Positions 24,471-37,007 of a stretch of 64,000 nucleotides of DNA are shown here, one piece after another. The notes beneath the pieces were generated by a model. It saw nothing but the letters and a program-made list of their open reading frames with translations, had not been told where the DNA came from and did not search any database. Source of the DNA: Nemertoderma westbladi (Eukaryota; Animalia; Xenacoelomorpha); contig JAUCBJ010001804.1 in the NCBI GenBank assembly GCA_032718475.1, forward strand, positions 5,402 to 69,401, in the 5' to 3' direction. The translations under genes were made by a program, and so were the position numbers. Position 1 is the stretch's first letter. Every line of letters begins with the position of its first letter.

Positions 24471-27400
24471 ATGAGTGACAAACAAGACTATACGAAAAAT
24501 ACACAAACCGACTATGACTCATGCGACGGAGATAAGTCAGCAGCGGAAGAACAACAGGGGAAGACTCGCGAGCCTACCGAACCTACACCGTGTGCGTCAC
24601 CAGTACATCCAACGGGAGTACCGGATGCCGTAGTACGAGGCGACGGCAGGACCGAGGACTTTCTAACTGTTCCGCAACCTAGATACAGGGAAACGGACAT
24701 GGTAAGTTCAGCAGGAAGCCAGGAGAGTGTGGTTAGAAGCGTCGGTGGATACATGGCGCATATTACCAGGAGTATTGGAGAAGGTCATCGCATATTAGAC
24801 GAGTTGACCGCTCCGATGTCTCGATTCGAGTTCTACACCCTCCAGGTTAGAGTGCAAACTAGAGTACACAAGTCCGTAGATAACCTAATTGGTCTACAGG
24901 ATCTAGCTAGACAGAGACAGGACATGGATACTCAACTTAGAATCCTCGAGAAACTAATGATCGCTAGAGAGAAACTGATTCAGTTTAAGTCGACGATTAG
25001 GCAGATACAACAGGAACAAGCGGACCAGTTGTTAGGTGAGTCAGTTTCGGACGAATTATTACAGCCCGAGGAAGAACAGGAACTGTACCGACTGGATGGA
25101 CAATTGAAACATCTGACGGACCACTTACGTATGTGCGGCCAAGACGTCGGCGATTCGGAAACCGTGCCGGAATATACGAGGGAAACTTCACCCGTACGAA
25201 TCGAATCGGCACCGGGAATACTGGACCAATCGTTAGTGAGTATTCGCAGCGAAATTGGCGAGATAAGTATAGTGACGTCAGAAATTTCCAGACAGCAACA
25301 ACAGCATGACAGACAACAAAGGGAAGCTGAGGAACAAGCTCAACTGTTGACGGCACAAGCAGCCGTACAAGAAGAAAAACTACGCGTTGCGGATGTTGCA
25401 AGAATCTCTCATCTGCAAGAACAAGCCGAGTTGGAAGCGGCTGAGATGGAAAGGTTGGAGCTAGAAATAGCACAGCGAACAGCGGCAGCTGAGTTAGCGC
25501 AACGAGCAGCAGCAGCGGAACTAGAGCGACGAGCAGCAGCAGCGGAACTAGAGCGACGAGCAGCAGCAGCGGAACTAGAGCGACGAGCAGCAGCAGCGGA
25601 ACTAGAGCGACGAGCAGCAGCAGCGGAACTAGAGCGACGAGCAGCGGAGTTGGAAGAACACAAGCGAGTTTCGGAAGCAAGAGCTGAAATGAAAAAACGG
25701 CAAATAAAGGCTCAATCAGCGATAAGACAAGCGGAGCTCGAGGCGCAACAACGACAGACGGAACAACGCGAGAAGGAAGTTAAACTTCATTTCGAACTCG
25801 GGAAGAAGGCGAGAGAATTAGCCAACGCGAAGGAAGATCTGGATCTACAAGCCCGCGATCGATCGATGAGATCTCGAGACGGACACGATCTAGACCAGTT
25901 AGAGGTAAGGCACCGCCAAATCCAGGAACGAATGAAGGAAGGTTCGGTAGGGGCACCTGGACGAGAAAGACAATTAGTTAAAGACTTATGTCAAAGATTC
26001 CCTCAGGTAACTCCTATGTTTGCACCGGTTACGACTAAGGAACCTGTTTCGATTGCTGGTAGTAGTAATATTTCTCCTATCCATGGTGCGACGGAACACA
26101 GGTTTGTTATTCCGGACAAGTTTACACCGCCAAGAGCAACATCATCGCCTATTCCAAAAGTCAAGGTAAGTAACCCGCCGATTACAGATCGTAGTAGTTT
26201 ATTAGTCGGACCTGCACTACTGACGACTAAACAGGTGAGTCCACCTTTGACGCCAAAACCTGTTACACACTACGCTTACCCAATGACGTTTAGGCCAACA
26301 AGGCCTTTGGATTCAAACGCTGTCGTCCGACCACCGGTCCAGTTTGCATCGCAATCTACGACTTCGAGGAAGACTTGTGAGCCTACCGAACAACGGAGAC
26401 CAGTGGATACGCGACCGTTCAACCAGTTTACATCGCAATCTACGACTTCGAGGAAGACTTGCGAGCCTACCGAACAACGGAGACCAGTGGATGATGTTCC
26501 AAAACGAAACGTTAGAATTCGTACGACGCAACGGACGCGAGCACGTCGACCACCATATCCAGATGATAGTAGTACTTCGAGCGAATCGGATTACCCGAAA
26601 CGCGAGGTATTTAGAACAGGGGCGGCCGATGAATATAAACGCGAGCGTTCAGACAACTCCTTTGTAGACAATCCTCCACAGAATACACCAACACAGAAGG
26701 CGTTACAACCAACGGACGCAATCAGTACACAACAGTTCGCCGACATCCTGCGACCAGTTGTTAACAAGTTGGCTCAGATCGAGGAGCGTCTGGAGGAAGT
26801 TCACACTGACAGTTCGAGAAATTCCGAATTCGAACACAATAGACATCCGAAGGAACCACAAAGACCGGTACCTTCAAAACACACCTCGTATCAGGGAAAA
26901 GCGCCCAGAAGGGAGAACATCAACCAGTGTACCAACCAAGGACGCGAAACTCTGAACGTTGCCGAGGAGATAGCGAAATTCGCAGCCAGACAAGGATTGC
27001 CGGTACAACAACCACCGAAGTTTTCCGGTAGCTCAAAACACTGGCACACTTTCGTAGACTATATCGAATCCCAGATCGCCGTGTGCGCCTTTACATCACG
27101 GGAGAAGTTCAATTACCTGCTCCAAACGTTGTCAGGAGAACCTAAACGTTTAGCGGAGACCTTCGTTGGTGTACCGGACGCCTTCGAACTAGCGTACGAT
27201 CGTTTAACTTCGATATACGGAGGTACAGTCAGTATGGCCAGGTCAGTAATAGAGGAACTCTGTAAGGGAGGGGCTATTACTAAACCCGTCGACTTATTAA
27301 AGTTGGCCGACGAGATAAAGAACGCTATCACTACTTTAAGATCCATTGGACAACTTGACTACGGGAATACCCCTACAGTCCTATTAAAGATCATAGGACG

Positions 27401-29976
27401 ACTCCACCATCGACTTCGTCGGGAGTGGAGAAAGATCGAATACCAGCGAGAAGAGCGGGGTGGATTCTTAAAATTAGAAGATGTGTACCTTTTGATATCC
27501 AGGGAGGCAGTAGTAGAAACTCGATCTAACTACACTGACCAGCACATCGTGGCAGAAGGGATCACCTTGCCATCCTCCAACCGACAAAAACCCCAGACAA
27601 CATCCACCAAGACGGCCACTTACGCCACATCGACGGAAACCCGACAATTCTCGGACGGAAGTAGGGTATCCGCGCCCATTGGGATAAAACAGACTAGACA
27701 ACAACTCAGTACCGACTTCAGCGGCTGCCAATACTGCGAGCATCTAGGCAAGCGGTATATCGGTCACAAGTTGAGGGGTTGTCGACAGTTTCGCGAGTTG
27801 AACTCGGAAGAACGACGGCTGCAGATACGGCCACTGGACTCTTGTTGGCGGTGTACGCGACACGGACACGTTCGCAAGGATTGCCCAAATACTGACACTT
27901 GTCCATCCTGTGGACGCAACCACGACGGTCTGCTCCACACAGACAGCCACACGCCGACAAAACGCTTCGCCAGGGAACACCCGGAAGCAGCAGCGAGATG
28001 TGATGCGGCCTACAGAAATCGAGAATCGAAAACGACTCCAACCTTCGTGACCCATATTGAGGATTGCTTCTCAGAACAACCCGGATCGTCGGACGAAGAG
28101 TCAGAAGACGACGACGTATATTCGGATGGAGATGAACAGCCATCGATCGCGCTTCTGACTACTGACCAACTGAAGGGATTCAGTGTAATTCCGATTAAGA
28201 TTACTGGCACAAAGGGGAGTAAGAGAATCTACGCTATTCTAGATTCAGCCTCATCTCACAGCTACGTGGACGAAAAGATAGCTGACGTCGTGACGGATCT
28301 CAGACAAGGTAAGCGCGTCAGTTATACCGTAAGTAGTATGCACGGACAGCGTGCAATACCAGTGACACGAGTTAAGTTGGACTTAGACTCTCTTCTTCCA
28401 AAATCGCAACACAGCGAGAGGGAGAGGTCTTTGTTACCCTTCAAGGATCTGACTTTTGCGGCCACAAAAGACTTTAGTAACCTACTAGGTCCGGTCCCAG
28501 AACAATCCTTGGAGGACCGTAAGTATTTCAGACACCTTGGTGTACCTGAATGTCCTGTCAATTATAGATCGGTAGCAATGCTGATCGGGACGGATCAATT
28601 CAACCTACATCAGGTGTGGGAAACCAGACCATCGGCAGTCGTAGCGGGAAACGCATACGCCTGTAGAACGCCGATAGGGTGGTATACTCGAGCGCCTGTG
28701 CGCACACTGGACATAAGTGACGAGGAAGACGATGTACAAAGTACATGTAGTTTATTAACTACAAATTCAATTCATTCCTTTTCACACGACGTGGACCATA
28801 CTACACTACAGTCGACAAAACATAACAGACGTGTAACTAGTATGATAAGTCACAAGGAGCAGCTAACCCACCAGGTGAGTTTAGAACTTGGGGAGAAGAC
28901 GAGTCAGCTAGAGATTCCATCGACGACAGATGATAGGCTTGCGAGTCTACCTACCCCAACAACCTCAACAATACCCGTCGATATCGATGATGACGCGTTG
29001 AGAAATCATCAAATGGAACAAGCCGCATTGGACAAAGAATTAACGGAGAAGACTATCAGGTGGTTAGAACTAGATACAGCTGAACCTGGTAGCTACGAAC
29101 CTTGTATGTCGGAACAGGAGAAACAATCTCTGAAGATCATGGAAGATACTATCCGCCAGACGAAAGACGGACATTATGAGGTGGGGATGTTATGGCGTAG
29201 CCAAAGTCCTAAACTTATAAATAACTACCCACTAGCCTTAAGACGTCTACACTCAATACGGCAACGTCTATTAAAGGACGAGAAAGCCCATCTACAGTAT
29301 AACACTCAGATGGAGACGTATTTGACTAAGGGATACGCTATCCGAATGACTAACCCAAAGATAGTGACTAACCAGACATACTACCTGCCACATCACTATG
29401 TGAGACACCCCGACAAACCAGATAAAGTACGCGTAGTCAATGACTGTGCGGCTCTGTTTGAGGGAATGTCCCTCAATAGTGAGTTGATGGATGGACCAAA
29501 CATGAATAATTATCTTATGGGGGTGATTATGCGCTTCCGTCAGCGTCAAGTAGCTTTTACTTGCGACGTTGAAGCGATGTTTCACCAAGTGAAAGCGTTA
29601 GAGCAAGACAGAGACAGTTTGAGGTTCCTCTGGTATCCGGAAGGAGACTTAAGTCTACCACCGGCGACTTACCAAATGCAAGTACGCGTTTTCGGTGCCA
29701 GAGACAGCCCAAATTGTACCATGTATGCCCTAAAACAAGCCGCTAGGGATCAGAAACATCTATATGACCCAGAGATAATTAAAATCGTAGAACGTGACTT
29801 TTACGTAGACGACGGTTTACAGAGTTGCGACACAGTAGAACGTGCTACAACAGTAGCACATCAATTACGGGACTGCTTAGCGGGCGGAGGTTTTAACCTC
29901 ACCAAATTCGCCTCAAACAGTGCCGAATTAGTAGACTCATTCGGAACGACTGAGCGTGGAGGTGGTGACATAGACC
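24471..29976 (+). CDS. BEL/Pao Gag-protease-RT polyprotein, N-terminal part (frame runs out of register to 30191 after a deletion)
   Basis: Coiled-coil Gag and DUF1759-like PPKFSG..KFNYL region. BEL zinc cluster CQYC..H..C / CWRCTRHGHVRKDC / CPSCGRNHDGLLH. Protease AILDSASSHSYV. RT motifs YYLPHH, KVRVVNDC, DVEAMFHQV, LRFLW and FYVDD. Confidence 0.93.
25490..25650 (+). repeat. 27-bp coding tandem repeat (AAAAELERR)n, ~6 units, in gag
   Basis: gcagcagcagcggaactagagcgacga repeated. Confidence 0.9.
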
Positions 29977-32900
29977 TTGAGCCGATTGTTCGATCCATTA
30001 GGATTCATCAGTCCAATAATACTGCAAGCCCGCATTTATATGCGCAGTATTTGGAAAGATGGACTGACATGGGACGAGCCGATCTCATCAGACCAAGTGG
30101 ACTTATGGAAGACCTGGGAGGCAGAATTATCTTCGCTAGAGGATTATTCCATACCCAGAGTCTACTTTCCATTACAAACTACATTTCCTGACAACTTGGA
30201 ACTACATTGTTTTTCTGACGCCAGTGACAACGGTTTTGGTGTAGCAGCGTACTTGCTCAGACAAGTAGACTCAGAAGAATTCGACGTTTCGCTCATTACT
30301 TCTAAGGCTAAGACCATGCCTACTAAGTATATGACGACACCACGAGCTGAGCTACAAGCCGCAACCCTGTCAACCACCATCGTGAACCTCATACAGACAG
30401 AACTACAGTCAAGTTTACAGATATTTTATTGGACTGACGCGACGTTGGTTTTATTTTACATAAACAACGACACACTTGAATTCAAGACATTCGTAGCTAA
30501 CCGTCGCGCAGAAATTCTAGACCGTTCAATAAAAGAGGATTGGCGACATTGTCCCGGACCACAAAACCCAGCCGATATTGCGTCGCGAGGAATGATGCCT
30601 GAGGAATTCTGTAAACCGGAAAACAAATAATTTTGGCAACACGGACCCCAATTCTTGCAGAAATCGATACAACATTGGCCTCCGTTATACGACAACAAAT
30701 CTAACACCATCCCTAAGGACGCCGAAATCAAGAAACCAAAAAGGGGGAAGGCTAAGAAAAGGACAACGGCGGCAAAACTCAAGAAAAAACCGAAGGCGAA
30801 ATGGAAAGATATAATTTCAAAGGTCAAGAGAGGAAGACTTGCGAGCCTTTCTACACCAGACATATCGCCAGACGGTCAAACAGACACGTTACCAGACGGT
30901 CAACCAGACGTTTTGCCAGACATGTCACAAAATGTTCTACCAGACACTAGTGACATACTGACAAATAGTAAAGCCGCAGTTTCTCTATTGGAGCGGCCTT
31001 CTATTGACAAACAACCAGATATGTTACCAGACGTATCGCCAGACACATTACTAGACAGTCGACTAGACATTTTGTCAGAAACATCACAAAATGTTCTACC
31101 GGACATTAGTAATGTATTGACTAACAGTAAAGCCGCAGTTTCTCTATTGGAGCGGCCTTCTATTGACAAACAACCAGATACGTTACCAGACGTATCACCA
31201 GACACATTACTAGACAGTCGACTAGACATTTTGTCAGAAACATCACAAAATGTTCTACCGGACATTAGTAATGTATCGACTAACAGTAAAGCCGCAGTTT
31301 CCCTATTGGAGCGGCCTTGTATTGACAAACTACCAAATTTGACACACTTGAGCAACCATAAGCACGGTGAAACCTCATGTATTACAGATGTGGGTAGTAC
31401 CTACGCTAATGTAAATACAGGTGTTACTCTGCGCTCAAGAGACATACCAAACTTGCAACCTATGGTGAGACCTGGGATTAATGTCGGCAGAAAAATAAAT
31501 TTACCGAAACCCAGTGACCCCATAGAGTTCAAACCACCATTAACGATCGACTTACAAAGTACTGACAATCAAGGTAAGAAGACGAAGAAGGACAAATTAC
31601 TTGTAGACCCGGACGGATCAACAGTCAACAAGGGAATACTTACCGGCGGACCCGTGGGCCCTTCTAGTAATTCAAAACCTTCCAAAATCTCCATTGACTT
31701 ACCTGATGACGTCACAAATACCTACGTCGACCGTATTGTAAACCTAACAGATTCTTGGACGAATGCTTGCCGAAAGTTAGCGTGGATTGTACGTTTTGTA
31801 CAATACGTTAAAGGCAAACGTGACTTTACACGTCGACTTACATTGGCTGAGATTGACAGGTGTGAAATTAAATTAATTCGCCATTACCAACTGCGATATT
31901 TCGCACGCGAATTCACATCTATAAATCAAGGTCAACCAATCAAGTCGTCACCAATACTGAGTTGGAGTCCGATTATTTATAATGGCTTAATTTGTCATAA
32001 ATCTCGGCTTCAAAACATTGACCTTAACACAAACTTTAGATACCCTATAATAATACCGCAACACCACGAACTACAACGTGCAATGATACTGGACGCACAT
32101 TTACATCTGAAACACGCTGGAAGACACCACTGTCTTTCCTACCTACGTACAAGATTTGTATTGATTAGACCTAGTAAAGCGTTAAGTTCAGTGACACGTA
32201 CGTGTATTATTTGTAAAAAGGTACATTCTAGAAAAGGTACCCAAGAAATGAGTGAACTTCCACAAGCACGACTTCAAGCATTCAGACCACCTTTTACAGA
32301 GACTGGAATTGATTGCTTTGGTCCCATACATACGAAACGTGGACGTATACTAGTAAAACGCTGGGGACTGATTTTCACATGTATGTCCAGTAGGGCAGTT
32401 CATATTGAACGTGTGATGGATCTTTCCACCAACGCGTTTATACTAGCACTGCGGCGATTTATCGCTAGACGCGGACTAGTAAAATGCTTGTACTCAGACC
32501 AAGGGACAAACTTTGTTGGTGCTCGGAATGAGATTGCTAGAGCCTTTAAGAAATTAGATCATGATCAAATCTCGAACGAACTACAACCTCACAAGATTGT
32601 TTGGAAGTTTAATCCTCCAGATAGTCCTTGGAGAGGCGGAGTCTGGGAGAGACTGATTAGATCTATAAAGACAGCCATGGCAAAGGTCATTCCAGTAAAC
32701 CACATATTGACAGACGACCAACTGACAACATTGTTTGTTGAAATCGAGGCAATACTAAATACTAGACCAATAGTATTAGTACCCGATGACAAACAATCTC
32801 AGTTTGCTTTGACACCGGCACACCTGCTTATGCAGGCACCGACTACATTGACACCTATTTCTATTCCAATAGAAAGCGATAGCTACGGTAGAAAAGCGTG

Positions 32901-33234
32901 GAAAATCACGCAACTACTAGCTAACAAATTCTGGGAAATATGGCAAAACCATTATTTGCCCTCTATTTCTGCCAGAACAACATGGTACAATAACACCCGC
33001 GCATTAAAGCCGGGAGATCACGTGCTGTTAGCGGAAGTGAATCTAAAAAGACGCTTCTGGATAACAGGTGTAATTTTAGCCACACATCCATCTATGGATG
33101 GAGTGACAAGAACTGTGACGGTACGGACAATTGACGGTCGTACAGTAGACAGACCGACTCAACGTCTCGTACTTCTTGAAGAGACTCGTAACGAGTCTGG
33201 AGACTACAAATCTCCACCTAATACTAGTAAATAA
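29977..33234 (+). pseudogene. BEL/Pao Pol C-terminal part (RT end, RNase H, integrase) with an in-frame TAA at 30628-30630
   Basis: Motifs RLFDPLG, LHCFSDAS, PRAELQAA, YWTDA, FVANR and NPADIASRG. Integrase HHCC (H..H..C..C), GIDCFGP, SDQGTNF and GGVWER. ORFs 29977..30630 and 30655..33234 share a frame. Confidence 0.92.
30918..31333 (+). repeat. 159-bp (53-aa) in-frame tandem repeat, ~2.6 units, between RNase H and integrase
   Basis: agtaaagccgcagttt starts at 30967, 31126 and 31285. Confidence 0.9.
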
Positions 33235-33898
33235 TTAGGAGTTTACAAATAGATTTCCACGTACCTGTACACCGTAGTAAGGACAGCGGTAGAATTCCAT
33301 TGTCTTTATATGTGAACATTGAGGGTAGTACCCTTATGTGTCACATAGGAGCGGGATTTGTAGGTATAAGAAATGGAATTCTACTTGGAACTCACAATAT
33401 TGAGACATTTTCGAAAATTTTAGACAATCCATTTGGATTTGAAAAATTTTTAAAATTTTCTCCAGTGAATAGATTTCAGGGTACAGTCGGGTGGAACTTA
33501 AAAATTAGAGAAACAAGAGAGGAAGACTTGCGAGCCTTTCTTAAAATTTTAATTAAATTTTACACGGTCTTGTTTCAATAAGTTACGTCAATAAATTGAC
33601 TCCCCTATATTTATTACTAATTCTTGATTGCTTATTTTCTGATAATAGTTTGGGATCAAAAAGTGAGTATTTTAGACTCACAGCCAGTTTAGCCCAAATT
33701 CGTTTTTATTTCGGCAAAAAAATTTTAGATAAGAAGCAGCGTGTCATTAAAGAAACCCTAGATCTTAGGCTATGGGTAGGAGGTTAGAGCGTTGTCAAGC
33801 CTAAAGGGCAGACGAAACTCTCACGTCTCCTCACAACTAACTACAAACTCTGTTGTATTCCCTCTAGTAGTAATGATTATGTAACTACACCCCTAATT

Positions 33899-34540
33899 AT
33901 GGAGAAAGGGATACAAGGAGAGCCGAGATGGGGATATGATATCCAAGAGGAGGCAGCAGCGCCATTCGAAAGATTTGGAGCCAAGGACTATACTATATTT
34001 GGTATAAAGGAATTATCGGAAAGTACAGCGAAACTCGCGAGAACTAAATATGACTCAAATGTATTAAAGAGAAGGCAAAACGCATTAAACGAAAGAATCG
34101 AAAGTTTGCGCCAAACCTTCAACGAACTTTACCCGTACGACGCTTTGTGTGATACGGGAGACATTAGCGAAGACCCCGATACTGAAATTAGTCGTTTGTA
34201 TCATACCATGCAATACCTGAAGGCGCACGAACCTATGCCCGCGGTACGCGATGAATTCGATGGAATGCATATTTACAGACGAACTCGAGGGGACGATAGA
34301 GAAACCAAGGAAGCATTTTCAGTTTATAAACTTTATTATCAATGCGGTTCTTGTATGCGCGAACAACGAAATGCGATTCCGATGCGTTTGAATAAGGAAA
34401 ATCCCGAACCGATATTGGCGAGGTGTTCGAACCATCAACAACTATGTTACCCTATGAAGGAGAACGTATCGTGGAGATTACGGATGAATCACGGCAGACG
34501 CGCGCGCCTATCGGTCACCTTGGTGATGATTTCGAAGTAA
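33899..34540 (+). CDS. Accessory ORF A of element 1 (coiled coil plus Cys/His cluster), unknown function
   Basis: 213-aa ATG ORF downstream of pol with CGSC...CSNH..C. In frame with 33596..33787 across a single TAG. No signal peptide or TM segment. Confidence 0.55.
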   Translation: MEKGIQGEPRWGYDIQEEAAAPFERFGAKDYTIFGIKELSESTAKLARTKYDSNVLKRRQNALNERIESLRQTFNELYPYDALCDTGDISEDPDTEISRLYHTMQYLKAHEPMPAVRDEFDGMHIYRRTRGDDRETKEAFSVYKLYYQCGSCMREQRNAIPMRLNKENPEPILARCSNHQQLCYPMKENVSWRLRMNHGRRARLSVTLVMISK

Positions 34541-35472
34541 CTACTACGATCGCTGACGATCCTTTAGAGGAACTTCTTGAGATAGAAAGGAACCTCCCGA
34601 AGAAATCTCAGACGGAGATTCGACAACTTGAAGCAACAGATGCTATAGTTTGTATACAACCTTCAGAAACCTACCAACCCATAGACCCAGATGATTACGA
34701 TTATAGTGTGGGAGGAAGCGCTCGACCGATTGGAGATCTTATATACGAACGAGTGTGGTACCCTGCCAATACGATGTGTAGTAAATGTGGCGTCGCTGGA
34801 CATCATATGACAAAGTGCAGTGGAAAGCACATTACTACGACTCAGCTAATCTGTGGATGGTGTGGGGATCAAGGGTCTCATACCTTTTATACTTGCTGGA
34901 GATTTATGGCTCAATGTACTTACTGCAATATAAAAGGACATCGAGCATCTGAATGCCAACTAAGAGACATACCTTATGAACACGAATCTGTAAAACTCGT
35001 GAGGAAGTTATTTGATGAGTGGGAAGATTTAGCCGACGAACATGTATCGGCACAAAGAAGACGATTTCCGATGAGGGCGCATCTTGGATTTTGGGCGGTA
35101 AATCCCCAAACGATGATGTCGGAAGGATATATCTCCGCTATGCCCCAATATGACGAACTTATCGAGGTTGTCGATATTTTGCCCCACGACAGCGGATTCC
35201 GAGTAGTGCGCGAGTATCTACTACAGATTCACCCGGATAACAAAAACACGTGGAATTTTCAGAAAGTCGTTAATCGCATTACGTATGGTGAATTCGATCG
35301 TTTCCGAACTGAAAAACGGAATAAAGGAGCTTGGTTAACCGTCACATGGGCGTACCGAGCCGCGTTTTACCATAAACGTATACGAGCGAGCGTATTCGAG
35401 GAAGAGGAGGTCCTAGAGGCGACAAATATACCAGCCACTCCGGTTGCGCCGTCTGCACGTCACCCTCGGTAG
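34444..35472 (+). CDS. Accessory ORF B of element 1: triple zinc-knuckle protein
   Basis: CSKCGVAGHHMTKC (CX2CX4HX4C), CGWCGDQGSHTFYTC (CX2CX5HX4C) and CTYCNIKGHRASEC (CX2CX4HX4C). First ATG at 34444; overlaps ORF A in another frame. Confidence 0.75.
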   Translation: MLPYEGERIVEITDESRQTRAPIGHLGDDFEVTTTIADDPLEELLEIERNLPKKSQTEIRQLEATDAIVCIQPSETYQPIDPDDYDYSVGGSARPIGDLIYERVWYPANTMCSKCGVAGHHMTKCSGKHITTTQLICGWCGDQGSHTFYTCWRFMAQCTYCNIKGHRASECQLRDIPYEHESVKLVRKLFDEWEDLADEHVSAQRRRFPMRAHLGFWAVNPQTMMSEGYISAMPQYDELIEVVDILPHDSGFRVVREYLLQIHPDNKNTWNFQKVVNRITYGEFDRFRTEKRNKGAWLTVTWAYRAAFYHKRIRASVFEEEEVLEATNIPATPVAPSARHPR

Positions 35473-35588
35473 GACGGACAGGGTAGGATCATACGGGTCC
35501 AGAAAGTGGGCCAACAATTTATTAATTATCAATTATTAATATAGAAGAACGCAAGGGAGTTGAGCCGACCATTCGAGTTACTCGGGAT

Positions 35589-35912
35589 ATGGTATCGCTT
35601 CCAAGAGAACCAGTAGGAGGATCGGGACATACACCAGCTGATCAACAGGGGGCGCAAGCTACTCTTGGGCCTGCGTCGTCCGCTTCTCGCGCGTTCCCAG
35701 ACGTTCTACCAACTGTAGTGACAACTGATCGGTCACGAGGAATCGGTCGAGGTTTTGGGATGCTAAATAGACGAATTTGCGAGGAAATAGTCGCACCGTC
35801 TCTCAACGTCCAAACGAAACCAGTGACTCGCCCCACAAGTCCCATATCGCGAGCAAAGTCACCTGTGCGCAGTTTTCGAGGACGCGGCAGGGCTCGATCC
35901 ACTAAGCGATAA
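35589..35912 (+). CDS. Accessory ORF C (or terminal exon), low-complexity with RG-rich motifs
   Basis: 107-aa ORF with SRGIGRGFG and RSFRGRGRARSTKR. GC content is coding-like, it follows an AT-rich spacer ending in TAG (35544) and ends where the AT-rich 3' UTR begins. Confidence 0.4.
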   Translation: MVSLPREPVGGSGHTPADQQGAQATLGPASSASRAFPDVLPTVVTTDRSRGIGRGFGMLNRRICEEIVAPSLNVQTKPVTRPTSPISRAKSPVRSFRGRGRARSTKR

Positions 35913-36920
35913 AAGGGAGGGCAAGGGTGGACGGAAGACTCGTGAGCCTTTCTTATGATTTGTGATTTATTTGAATTTATATTTATATTTGTGTTTATTC
36001 CGAACTTAAGCAATTTGTATTGTTCCGAATTTATGAAATTTAGAAAGTTTATATTTAGAAGGAACTTATATTTGAAAGATTTATGTTTCATATTTGAGAT
36101 GCAAAAGGAGTTTATATTATTCTAAACTTATGCAGTTTATATCTATATTTAGTAAGAATTTATATTTTATATTTGTAATTATTCCGAACTTATGCAATTT
36201 ATATTGTTCCGAATACTATGCAATTTATATCTTATAAGCAGTATTTGTATTTACAGTGAAATAGAAAGTAAGAGTAGATGGAAGACTCGTGGGCCTTTCT
36301 TATAGTTTCATTTGTAAAGTGTTATATTTTGTATTTAGAAAGTTTTATAGTCAGAAAGTTTTGTGCTTAGAAAGACTCATATTTGTAATTATTCCAAACT
36401 TATGCAATCTACATTTAGTTACGAAAGTATTTGTAATTACTTGAATTTATGCAATATTTGAGATGCAATAGTAGATGGAAGACTCGCGAGCCTTTCTTAT
36501 TGTTTTCATTTATTTGTATTTGTAATTGTTTGAATTTATGCAATATTGAGATGCAATAGATTTATATTGGTGAATTTAATTTAGATTTATATTGTACTTA
36601 CTTAGTAAAACCTTAAATACGTAAAGTTTGAATTTGTAATTATTTTTGTATCTAATCATTACGTAGAAAGGAAGTATTGTTTGAAATTTAATTTGTAAAT
36701 ATGTAAGTACGCCCTAAGTATTCTATAGTTTGATTGATTATTGGTGAAAACCGTATATTTTATGCACGATAATATCCTGTTTTCATGGAGCGGTATAGAA
36801 TTATATTCCCTAAATGCCGTGGATTTTCAAAATTTTATTTTATTCGAATTAACTTTGTAAAGGATTGCTTTGAGTTCTCATTCGTATTTGTTCTATCATT
36901 TGTACGCCTATTGGTCAAGT

Positions 36921-37007
36921 GGTTCAGTAGCTCAGTCGGTAGAGCGTTGGAAATTATATGTGTAGTAGGTATTGAGTTCGAATCCTAGTAAGTGCGAATT
37001 ATTTTTT
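36921..37007 (+). ncRNA. Second copy of the tRNA-like Pol III unit (3' LTR)
   Basis: Identical to 21894-21980. Confidence 0.65.

Noticed and set aside
29960-29990. Programmed ribosomal frameshift in pol
   Set aside because: No slippery heptamer, and conserved RT residues are missing at the junction, which indicates a deletion.
33899-35472. Envelope (env) gene
   Set aside because: No signal peptide or transmembrane anchor; it has zinc knuckles instead.
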